From the NCBI GenBank assembly GCA_008632985.1, contig QPGO01000105.1, forward strand, positions 186,001-250,000: a DNA stretch of 64,000 bases, in the 5' to 3' direction. A program made the translations under genes and the position numbers. Positions 25,401 through 36,923 of this stretch are shown in pieces. Below the pieces are notes generated by a model. It was not told where the DNA came from and did not search any database. It was given only the letters and a program-made list of their open reading frames with translations. Within the stretch, counting starts at the first letter, position 1; every line of letters starts with the position of its first letter. Source of the stretch: Psammoneis japonica. Its lineage: Eukaryota.

Positions 25401-26649
25401 ACGGTTTTAGTCGAATACACCGACTCTTCGATATTGCATGCAAACGCGATGGTTAGCAAATGTTGGTCGAAGGTACCCCAAAGGCTTTCAGTGAAACTCC
25501 TTTTTGCACTGGGCGCAATTGGACAGTACCGGAAAGAGATCAATACGCACCCTGCATCTGTTGAGAGTCCGCTTATTCAAAATGAAAACCAAGGATATAT
25601 TTGGCTTACTCCAATGGACCGTCATGAAGAATTGTTGGACGTCGGGGGCGGCGTGAAGCTCCCTCGTTTGGCACTGACCCTTCGCGGCTTTTGTTTGGTG
25701 TTTTCTGTTCGGGAGTCGACCATCCCCGGAGCAGGTTATGGTGTCTTTGTTCGAGCCGAAGACATGACTTCGGAGAAAAGGACGAACTTTCGATTGAAAC
25801 AGGGCGAGTTCTTGGATATGGGCAGGTACGCTCCGTTGCAGCCAGAAAACAAGGTCAGAGATAGTGTGTTTATGATGAAGAGCTATGTGCATTCCTTCAA
25901 GTGTGAGACGTATTCTTTCAATTCCGGTAAGTCAGCAGTCGAGTTGAGCGAGTTACCTGGTATGTGTTTTACGCCTTTCTAAAGTTGTGCTTTCGCATTC
26001 AGAGGATGAGGACTTTATGTTTGACATTACGGACGATTTCACGGCAGCTCTAAATGATGTGGCGAAGCAGCATATCCCAGCCTATGTGAACGAATGCAAA
26101 AAAGCTGACATCCCGACAGTGCTGGCTGAGTCTGATCCGGAAGGCAACGTTCACTACTTGTGTGGGGTGAGAACTGGGGAGTTCAATCTGGCTGTAGGCG
26201 TTGAGCAGGAACTTTTCATCTACTACGGCAAAGGCTATGAGTCTGCAAGGCTTCGAAATGGTTACTCGGAGCTCCCCTTACAAGAGCAGCAGCGTAGGCT
26301 TCAAGAGATGGAAAAGGATGACGACGAATACCTGGACGAAATCAACACCTTTTCGGTCGAAGACGTCAGCGCTTGTGTTGCTTTCTTCCGCCGAATGTTT
26401 CCAGAGGGCGGTAATTGGCATGCTGCTGCTGACAAGCTTGGAGTACCCGCAGGGAAGAGGGCTCTTGTCGTTTCCAAACGGCTCGCGAAACGAGCAATTG
26501 AGCTGAAGGAGGATGGTGAAGCTGTCCATTTTACCTTCATCGACGCCTCGAAAAAGCTTGTGGAGCTCCTAGAAACGCTTTTTGGCGAGGGTCGCTATCG
26601 TGCAATCGAAGGTCCTTGCGTGGTTCAAAGTAGTAGCTCGCTGGTTTGA
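22407..26649 (+). CDS. Tudor-CXXC-MBD-SET paralog 2 (three CXXC/MBD modules and a second Tudor-like domain), multi-exon
   Basis: PGLPLGW..LYSPTGKHFFS; VFCAWPNEHWYKA; STIPGAGYGVF; ELFIYYG. Confidence 0.8.
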
Positions 26650-27161
26650 TTTGTACGGAATGGGTTTGAGCGTGGCGGTCGAGGCTCGTCCGCGATAGTT
26701 TGCGATCTTTGTGTATTTTAGCATGTGTTTCAATCAACAATTTTGTTCAATAATATCGTCAAAGTAGTGAGGTGTTGTACAGTGGGCATGTCCTTGTCGT
26801 TCTCTACGGTCACTTTCGTATCGACCGATGCTGCGTGCACCGACTTGCAAAGGAAGCCATTCTGCCGGAAGACTAGCTGGGCGCTCTCCTGGTGGCATGA
26901 AATGTAGACAACATGAGGTGGTCTTTCGACAGCACATACCCTTGAGTCGACCTACATAGAGCCAGCTTCATTTTGCTTTCGTCTCTGAGATCGCATGAGA
27001 CACCGCATCATGCTTTTCACCCCGCGACAGACCTCCCAAGCCGAGAGTGCGCGCGCGCCGCCGAAATACTTTTCCGGGTTACTCTTTACTGAGCCGCGCC
27101 ATCCTTTTGCCCGCAAAACGAAAAGAGCTCACACTCATAAAACACTTGACACTGCGACACC

Positions 27162-30100
27162 ATGAACAGCAACTCCGATAATGTCGTTGGTTTGACCATG
27201 GATAGCGACGGCGGTGCAATACCTGTGGTACAGCCGTTTTTGTCTGAAGTAAGGAGTGAAGTAAAGAGTAAAGAAGATGATGATGAGACACTTACGGACA
27301 ACGACGAAATGTCTCGTTCTTCCTCTTTTGCTTCTGCTCAAATCCATATGGAAGAGGAAGAACAAGACAATAAGATGTCCAGAGCCATATTGGCTCCCAA
27401 GAAGCAAGGGAAAATTCAGAAGGGCACTCGCGTCTATGCTTTGTGGGCAACAGACGAGTGGTATTGGGGTGTAGTGGCGGACGTACAACGAAAGCATGTG
27501 GAGGGTCGGTCCAATGCAAGAATCTTTTATACCGTAAGGATTGTGTTTGTCGTTGGAAAGAAATTCGCGCGCTTTTGTTCTCACTACTCTGTGTGTTGTA
27601 TCCCAAATAACAATTTATATGCAGGTGAAGTTTGATGATGGTGATGTCAAAGACAATTTGACTTCTCATCATATATGGACCGAGGAAGCTTACGAAGATT
27701 TGTTCCGAAACCTTGAAAACCATAACAACAGCAACGAAGACAAGAGCGCTACTACCACCCGTAGCAATGGCAGCCCTGTCACCACCATCGTCAGCAGTGA
27801 CAGTAGTAACGACAGCCCTGCCACCACCAGCAGTAGCAGTGACGACAGTGCTACCACCCCCGCCACCAGCAGTAGCAACGACAGTAGCACCACCACCAGC
27901 AACGACAAGCGATGGACCCTTGCAGATTTGTATCGTCGTCGTTGTCAAGCGTGCGACTTGTGCAAGGCTCCAGAATGTGGTCAGTGTGTCACTTGCAAGA
28001 GACGTTCTCAGCCCAAGCAAATTTGTCTTCAAAAGGTAAGCGCGTTCGTGAGGCTATTGTTGCTGAGGCTCATTGCTTCGAATTGGTAGATTCTTACAAC
28101 TGTGACATTGCCATTGCACACAGATGTGTTGCATGATTGATCCCCAAAACAAGGCGCAGCCAGCCAAGGGGTTTCCGGCTGGATGGAAATTTTACTTTGC
28201 CGCACCCAAAGAGATCGTTTTCGTGACTCCCAATTTCGGTCGCAAATTCAGGTCGATTACATCGGCTGCCGGCATATGCCGCATGAAGGGTGATCAAGTG
28301 AGCACGTTCTACAAGCACGTTGGGCTCGTCCAAGACGGTGACGACGTTAACACCGAGCTCGATTGCAGCATCTCCTCTTCGTCTGACGATGATTACGATT
28401 CAGATGATGAATCCTACGTGGACAAAGCGGTTGATCGCCACTTCGCTTTAGCTTCATCCCGTACTCGGAATAAACCGAAAAGAAAGGCTACTGGTCAGTG
28501 CTCGACGGATACTAGGGAGACGAAACGTGCCCAAAAAGAGGGTAGTCACTACAAGGGCGGTTTGAACGGACACAATCCATGCAGCCTGGCAGAGTTGTAT
28601 CAACGCCGTTGCGATGCATGTGCACTCTGCATGAAAGCGGACTGCGGAGCATGCGCGTCGTGTGTTCGAAATGGCAGCATGGCCGATGGTAGCAACAAGG
28701 AAGTTTGTCTGCGCAAGGTTAGATTTGTATTACTATTTCTGCTTCTTGTCAGACGAACGCGTCCTTGTGACTCACTTTCTTTTTGCCGTTTCGTTTTAGA
28801 TGTGTTGTCTAATTCCTGTCGAAGAAAAGGCACAACCGGCAGTTGGGTTCCCCGCGGGATGGCGTTTCCATTTTGTCGTGCCAGAAAAGTCACTCTTGCT
28901 TCTCTCCAGGTATGAGAAGCGTTTAGAAGGGCTCAAGATTGTCCAGCAAGTGGTAGCAGCTACTGTTCAGTCGAGCGAGCCTTCAATCGCCACAGTAGGG
29001 TTCTGAGCAACAAGGATTCGATTCGCAAGGAATTCCTCGAGCACATGGGATTAGCTGTCCCAAACAAACATCAGCATCATGATTTGGTCGGAAGACCGAT
29101 TTTCCAAGAATGGACCGATTTACAAGGCCGTAACAAAGTTGTGTATGGTTCAGTGATAAGCGTTGATAGTAGTCATGGCGAAGACGAGGAGGACATGGTT
29201 ACGGTGGAGTATAGTGACTCTTCAACATGTGATGCAAACACAATGTTGAGCGTCTGCGGGTCGAAAGTGCCTAAGACACGTTCACTGAAACTTCCGATTG
29301 CAGTGGGCGCGATCAACGCATACCAGAGAAAGAAAAGCCAGCATTGCGAATCTGTCGATTTTCCTCCGTTTCACAGTCAATACCTAGGATATACGTGGCT
29401 TACCCCCGAATACCGCAAAGAAGAGTTGTTGGACGTTGGGCATGGCGTCACGCTCCCTCGTTTGACTCTTACCATTTTCGGCTATCGTTTGGTCTTTTCA
29501 GTTATGGAGTCGACCATTCCTGGTGCAGGATACGGGGTCTTTGTGAAGGCCGAAGAATTGGTGTCTTTCACTCCGCCAGGAACAAGAAATGAGGCGACTT
29601 TCAAGATGGAACAAGGCCACCTCTTGGATTTGGGCCGGTACGCTCCTTTTCGGCTACAAGACAGAAAGAGAGATTGCGTCTTCATGGTGAAGAACTACGT
29701 GCATTCCTCGAAGTGCGAAGAGTGGTGTTTCGACACTGGTAAGTCACCTGACAAGAAGCAATCCGGCGCATCAACACTCCTGTACTTACGCATTTTGCTG
29801 CTCAGACGACAAAGACTTCGACTTTGACATAACTGACGATTTCACAGGCACTCTTCACGATGAGGCGAAACGCCACATTCCGGCCTATGTGAATGAATGT
29901 AAGTCTACTATGATCCCAACAGTTCAGGCCGAGCATGATCCCGAGGGCAACGTGCACTACTTGTTTGGTGTGGTGGCGGGAGAAGGCCTCACTCTGCCAA
30001 TTGGCATCGACACTGAAGTCTTTGTGAACTACGGCACCAAGTACGAGTCCGTGAGGGTTCGAAAGGGGTACTCGGAGCTCCCCTTAGAAGAGCAGCAGCG

Positions 30101-30434
30101 TAAGCTGCAGGAGATGGAAAAGGATGATGAGGAATATCTGGACGAAATCAACACCTTTTTGGTCGAAGATGTGGCTGAGTGTGTCGCTTTCTTTCATCGT
30201 ATGTTTCCGCCGGGTGAGAAGCGGTATGTTCTGGCTAATATGCTTGGACTACGTGCTGGGAAACGGGCAATTTCGGTTTCTGAAAAGCTTGAAGAACGAG
30301 CTAGGGAATTGAAGGACTCTGGCGAAACAGTCCCTTTGTCATTGATCGACTCTTCGGCACAGCTGGTGGAAATCCTAAAGACCCTCTTTGGAAAGGATCG
30401 CTTTCGTCCGATTGAACATCCGAGCGTCGTCTGA
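27162..30434 (+). CDS. Tudor-CXXC-MBD-SET paralog 3, multi-exon (apparent 1-nt deletion near 28940)
   Basis: GTRVYALW..WYWG..VKFDDGD; RCQACDLC..CGQCVTC; GFPAGW..GRKFRS; SET motifs with EVFVNYG. Confidence 0.8.
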
Positions 30435-30592
30435 AATGATGGCGCACCAAGTTGAATAGGCTGAGAGCACAAAGATACGTGTATGGAGACACCTTGATCT
30501 ATTGTACGTGAAAGCGTAGGGAGAGCATGCAGTGGGTGTTTTGTACTATAGCATGTGTTTCAAACAACAGTCTTGTGCAACTTCCAATGTTT

Positions 30593-31655
30593 CTACTCCT
30601 GTAGTGTATCATGACGAACATGTACAACAACGCGGCTTTCCTTGTTTCCCTTGAAGTGATGCTTTGTAATGCACATGTCCTTGTCGAGATAGAGAACATC
30701 AATATAATCAATATCCTTCAACTTTCGCAATACCCGTTGTAATAAAAGCAGCGGAATACTGGGAAGTTTCCAAAACTTCCAAGCCGTGCCCAGCAAGGCT
30801 TCGCATGAAATCCTACGAAGAATCACTTTCTTGTCAAAGACGCTGTAATTGTCTGCAACAGGATTGTACTGTGTTTTGAAAAAGTCCAACGTTCAACACC
30901 AGTTAGAATTTTTTAATTCTCCATCGCCATAGGCACAAGCTTTCACATCTCACCTTGATTCTTGACTGCAATTGGCCCAATCCAAGCAGAACTCTGCTAT
31001 CTACTTGGATCGTCAAGTCATCTGTATTGAAAGATGTGGTTCGCTTCGCTTTATTCGTCTTTCGCTTCCATTTTGAGATCCAATCACCCTTAATCAAATC
31101 GGAGTCGTATCCTTTTCCTTGACACGAGAGCAAAGCCACCAAAGGTTCCAAATGCTCTATTTCCTCTACATTTCCACTAACTTTTAACAGGTCACCAAGC
31201 AATACGCCCTTTGGATCGGCCGCCAAAGATTGAACGAGCTCCCAACCACCCAATTGGGCAACGTTGTAGTTGTCCACCAAGGCGGAACGGATCTTTTCCA
31301 AGTTTTGAGCTGCTAGCTTCCCCGTTGCTTTTGTCTCCAAGGCATACCATCCTCCATTTTCAACGATATTTAAGCTCTTTCCAAGAGAACGACGATACTG
31401 TTGGAAATTTTGCAACGTCGCCGGTGTTCGCACTATCGAGATCGTAAATTGAAAAAAATGTGAGACGAGGCAATCAAAAATCAAAAAAACATATTCAGTG
31501 ATGAATAATAGTAAAAAAGATCCCAGAAAATTCGATTCACGACACCATACACAACGAAAAGAAATCTCACAAGGAGCGAGGGCTACGGTACGATGAAGCA
31601 ATCCGCAAGTAGCAATAATCAACCCCACGATTCGAGTTTGGAAGGTATTCTTCAT
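30593..31655 (-). CDS. PAP-fibrillin-like (plastid lipid-associated) protein, spliced
   Basis: Signal-peptide-like start, LIKGDW, C-terminal IDVLYLDKDMCI resembling the fibrillin YLD motif. Confidence 0.5.
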
Positions 31656-31719
31656 TTCTTTTCTTTGTTCTAGTCGGCTTTTTTGGACAACGTGTGCCAA
31701 CCTTCGGGATGAGAGCTCG

Positions 31720-33310
31720 GATGTGAAATTTTGTGTGGGTGGCGGATCTTGTGGCGCGCGTGTGCACAGCAGCGTGCTGGCGTGCGTGGCTTCTTGCGCG
31801 ATGGAACGCGCAACGCCCTAAAATCGATCAATGAACTCCCCCTGGTAGAGACTGGCATCTGGGTGTGGTGTCTTGAATCTCGTTGGTGCCTAAACTCAAG
31901 CAAGATCTAGATCTTGAAAGTTGCCACTTGCACTGACAAATGGGGTAATCAACCAAGGGCAATTTTCTGATGTGTGGTTTGCATGTGTTGTCAGGCAGTT
32001 GTTTTGTGTTTTCTCCAATGTGGCATGAACAGATCCTCTCCGACACAGCAATGCAGCGCCTGTTTGCATCATCAAGGTGGAACAGCATCCCACTGTACTC
32101 ACCAATGCTGCTGTTTCCCACATGTTGCACTTGCTGATGCCGCTGTTTCTCACACCAGAATCATCACAGTGAGTCAAGTCAAGTGCACATCTGGCTCATC
32201 GCACAAAAAGATGTGCGCCAGCTGTCCCACCCTTGAAAGCCATGTTGTCTTCAAACTCACTTTCAACAATGACAAGCTTTGGCATTTGACCCATCAAAGT
32301 TGCAAGACAGCTGCCACCAAAGCTCACCTCATTGTCTCTGAAAGATGTCTTGTGCAAAGTGACAGTTTGCCCTGAAATTGTGGCTGAATGCTGCACAGCA
32401 GTCAGCAGCCCACCTCTGCCAGTGCCAACTGCTTCATTCCTGGTAAAAACACCATCTGTCACTGCCACCTGCAAAGCATCCTCAATGAACAGTCCACTGC
32501 CAGCATGCAACTTCTGTCCATTGAAAAAGATGGAGAGTTTTGGATGAGTGTGCTGTCTGCGGTTTGGATGAACAAGTTTCCACCTCCAAGGTCATGACGA
32601 CCTTCGTCGAATGAGCAGTCCAGCACCCTGTGATTGCCATTTGCAAGAACCTCTGCCACATCCTTCTTTGGTTTTCCCTCCTCTGAGACCAGCGCCAGCA
32701 AGGGAAAAATTGTTTCCAGACACGAGAAGATTTCTGTTGTCACCCGTGCTTGCCATCAAGCACATTTCTCAGATTCACAGCAAAGTGTCACACCTGACTG
32801 AGCAACGTTGATGGCAGATTGAAGATGGTGTTGCAGCTGTGTTTCCTCCACAGAAAGACACAACAGAGTCTTTTTTTGCATTGCCTGCTTTGGATTGAAG
32901 GTTGGAAAAGGTCGAGACACAAGAACCAGATGTCGGTGTGCGGCAGGATGGAGTTGGAGTCGGCTCTGGCAAAGGGGCACGTCGCTGAAAGAAGCAGTCC
33001 AAAGGGGTGACGCAGGATCCATCACAGACATGTCATCATCAAGGAACTTCTCCCAAAAGTTGTTGCTTTCAAAATGTGTTTCATTGGACATGCAGAGTTC
33101 TCCCTCTGCATCTTCTTCTGCTTGTGCTTTTCCTGCTGTTCTGCTGTTTTTGGATCACTCCGCTTGCACAGCATGAAGTTTGTCGCCTGCATTGCTTCAT
33201 TGTCAAACAGCACTGTGGCAGCCAACCAGCATGTCCTGTACATCCCATGATCATGCATCGTGATGGATTGACACTCATTTCTTTCATCGGTTTGTGAGGA
33301 GACTGGTTTT
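31720..33310 (-). pseudogene. TpA/CpG-depleted block with a degraded beta-helix (Pmp/pectin-lyase-like FxxN...GG repeat) gene
   Basis: FTRNEAVGTGRGG, FRDNEVSFGG and FEDNMAFKGG in ORF 32196-32510; fragmented frames; TA nearly absent. Confidence 0.55.
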
Positions 33311-33550
33311 TTTATGGCATTTGTGGATAACTCAAATTTTAGAAATTTTTGAAATCGAAAGTTTTTGGTTTCACCAACGGGACTCGCCGGAATCGTTCGA
33401 CTATGGCCCTGTACACTTCGCAATTTGCTTGGCAATAATTGAGGTGATGTTGACAAGTTGACACAGCCATCATAGATTGTCACGTACTGTATTTCATCAG
33501 ACAATGTAACATTTTGTGCGGCAATTGTGGCTTCGAGGAAAGAAATTGCA

Positions 33551-33988
33551 ATGAACCACTTGACGATCACAAGGCTATTCAACCAGTCTGCGAAAAAGAC
33601 GTGGGAGGCGTACAAGAACTTCAACTCGGTTCCTATACCTGGAGCAGTCGTGACCACGAAAGGCGAGAACAACAAGGTGGGATGCGTTAGAACCATCAAC
33701 TATCCCAGCGGCGTCAAGATTGTGGAGCGCTTGGACGCGTTTGTAGACCGTGGCCCCCAATACATGTTTGCCTATCGGATTATCGAGCCGATGCTAGGAG
33801 TGAAGCAGTATGCAGGAACGTGGATTGTGCATCCCATTGGACGAGACGGCAAGCGTTCTTCTATGTCCTTGTTTCTCACGTGGGTACCAGACAACGAGGA
33901 GACTAATGGTGTGTTCGAGTCTGTTTGTATCGATCTGCTTCAGAACGGATATCTCGCTGCTGCGGATCCAAAAACTACGGATGAGTGA
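33551..33988 (+). CDS. SRPBCC/polyketide cyclase-like (START-fold) protein
   Basis: KTWEAYKNFN...VGCVRTI..G.KIVERL..FAYRII pattern; ~145 aa, no intron. Confidence 0.75.
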   Translation: MNHLTITRLFNQSAKKTWEAYKNFNSVPIPGAVVTTKGENNKVGCVRTINYPSGVKIVERLDAFVDRGPQYMFAYRIIEPMLGVKQYAGTWIVHPIGRDGKRSSMSLFLTWVPDNEETNGVFESVCIDLLQNGYLAAADPKTTDE

Positions 33989-34898
33989 AGTTGCCCCGGA
34001 GAGAAGTCAAAGTGCACGATAGCACCATAGATATGGACTTTCGAAAGCTTGGAAGTGTTTCGTACGCATTGAGAAATTGAGGTCCTCGAAAACGCGAATG
34101 CAGAGACCACCTTTGAACCTTCAGCATAGATGAAATTTCATGCCGTTGCATTTACATTACATGGCTTTATCGATACCCAAATATTATCGCATTGACTTGT
34201 TTGCGCTGGTGGACACAACAGTTATCGCTACTCATCAAATAGTATGTAGGTTATGCCACTAACTACTTTTTGACAACACGCAGCAGGTTGTCCAAAGTGC
34301 GGGACGCGTGCGACCACAATGCCATCATTTCTCATTTTCCAAACTCGGTGTTTATCGCCATCATCTGCTTCTGTTGATCGCTTCCTTCTGCAACATCTGC
34401 TCTGCGGTTGAAGAAGTTGACACCGAACAGCTGCGAAAATGGATCGGCTCGAAAGATCCAGCTGCGTATCCCTGCTGATCAAAAGCGAGATAATAGATAG
34501 AGCTATGGTCAGAACGGTAGAGGAAAGGCAGACGATTACGTACAGTGTATGTGTGACATATCGAAATTATCAAGACAAAAACAATTATTATGACTATGTA
34601 ATAACTATAATTGAAATTAGAATGTCCGTCAAAAGAGTTATTTATAATGCACATTTAAATGTGTCTTCAAGTATTTAAAATAGTATGGGTACTGTAATAT
34701 GAAAAGTTCAGGCAATATGTAGCATCAGCGAATGGCTGGAGATATCATATAGATATTCTTATCTTCAAATATTTATTGACAAAAGAAGTTCCCTATGATA
34801 CTGTCCCCCATTGAGATCGGATTCAGATTCGTCTCACAATTCTTTGAAATCTTCTCGTTTCACTCCTTGCACAAAAGCAACACGCACCAGCGTTTATC

Positions 34899-36648
34899 AT
34901 GGTGAACTTTGCAGCAGTTATCACCAACGCGATTCCACTTGTTGGGTTGGCGGGCTTCGCGTTGGCGGATGATCCCTTTCCGCTAAGCGCGATTCGATCC
35001 ATTGATGGGTCGGAACACCCGGACAGCACCGTGGGAGCTGAGTTACTCCGTGCTATTCCTGCGGACTATCCAGATGATGGATCTGGCGAAACCATTCATG
35101 GAACGCCAAATCCTCGTGATATTAGCAATGCAGTGGCAGCTCAGCCCCTTCCAAAACTCAACGATCGATTCCTGGTAAGTCCGAAGAAACAATCCATCGC
35201 ATCTAGCCCGCTTTCAAACATACGGTAGTCTAACTCTCCTGGTTCTTATGCGACACAGACTGATTTTGTTTGGGCATTTGGACAGTTCATTGACCATGAC
35301 ATTAGCTTAACTGAGATCAAAGAAGAGTTTGGTACGGCCCCCATCTTTGTCACTGATGCTCCGGATCCACTTTTCCCCATCATTCCTTTTGCCAGGTCAG
35401 AGTTTGAACGCAAGCCAGGTACTATCCCTCGAGAAAAAAACCAACATTATCACTGCTGTCATCGACGCCTCCAATGTTTATGGCTCGGATGAAGTCCTTG
35501 CCACGGAGCTGCGATCATTTGTCGGGGGCAAGCTCAAGACAAGCGCTGGAAACTTACTCCCTCTTCGTGATGATGGGAGTTCCTTTTTAGCTGGGGATGA
35601 ACGTGTGAATGAGCAGTCCGGGCTCATTTCTATGCACACTCTCTTTGTGCGTGAACACAATCGATTGGCGGAGCTCATTGCTGACGAAAACGAGGACGCA
35701 ACCGATGAGGAAATCTACCAGTTGGCGCGCAAGATTGTTGGCGCCGAACTTCAAATCATTACCTACAACGAGTTTCTTCCCGCTCTTCTTGGTGACAATG
35801 CACCAAATCTAGCAGAGTATACTGGATGGAAACCATACGTTAGTCCAGGAGTTCTCAATGAGTTCTCCACCGCCATTTTTCGCTTTGGGCACACCATGTT
35901 GTCCCCTAACCTTTTGTTGTAAAGCACCGCGACCGGACAAGGAGTCGGCCAAATTCCACTCCGCGATGCTTTTGATAAGCCATCGATCATACGCGACGAC
36001 CCACAGAAGGTCGATCTGCTATTGGCGGGATTTTGTTTCCAGTTGGCTCAGAATATTGACAACCAGATTATCGACGACGTGCGCAACTTTTTGTTTGGCA
36101 GTCCAGGAAATGGCGGACTTGACTTAGCCTCTCTCAACATTCAGCGTGGACGGGATCATGGTCTTTCGTCCTACAACGCTGTGCGCGCGGCGTTTGGTTT
36201 GAGTACTGCCACGACTTTTGCCGATATTACTTCTGACGTGGCTGTCCAAAATGCGCTTGCTGCAGTGTACACCTCCCCTAACGACGTGGATCTGTGGGTA
36301 GGTGCTTTGGCTGAAGACCACTTCAATGGTGCAAGCGTCGGCGAACTTATCACTACCATTATGGTGGATCAATTTGTTCGCCTTCGCGACGGCGACAAGT
36401 TCTTCCACCTCAACGATAGTGATTTGAGCAGCGACAATCTGGAGGACATTATTGATCTCTCTAATGTGAAGCTCTCAGACATCGTCGAGATGAATACCGG
36501 TGTTGGAAACCTTCGAAGCAACGTTTTCATTCTAGGAAACGAAGCGGGCGGAGATGATGGTGCAGGAGGCAGCGGTAGCCGCCGTTTGGGTATCAGCGCC
36601 AGTGGCAGCGGCAGTGGAGGTGGCAGCGGAAGCGATAGCCGCCGTTAG
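34899..36648 (+). pseudogene. Secreted animal-type heme peroxidase (peroxidase-cyclooxygenase superfamily); intron 35175-35258; +1 A at ~35440 and in-frame TAA at 35920-35922
   Basis: Signal peptide; GQFIDHD, IDASNVYGS, GDERVNE, REHNRL, FRFGH, IQRGRDHG, LRDGDKF. Confidence 0.8.
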
Positions 36649-36923
36649 GTAGTAGGAATCTAAATTAGCTAGCTAGAAAACGCTTTTTTGTGTCTTTCCT
36701 CTGGTGCCGAGATGGATGGTGTATTTGGTGTTGTCCGATGTGCCCGCCAACATGACATGCATGTAGCTACCGGTAATATTTTTGGTCACGACAGCGCAAA
36801 AATGCACATTCAGAGCGGCAGCGATAAGGGTGTGTTCGGAACCATCCACCAAAGATGTGACACTTCCAGTGATTTCACTGTCAAAGATCTCGTACATCAA
36901 AATCAATAGTACTGCTTATAATT

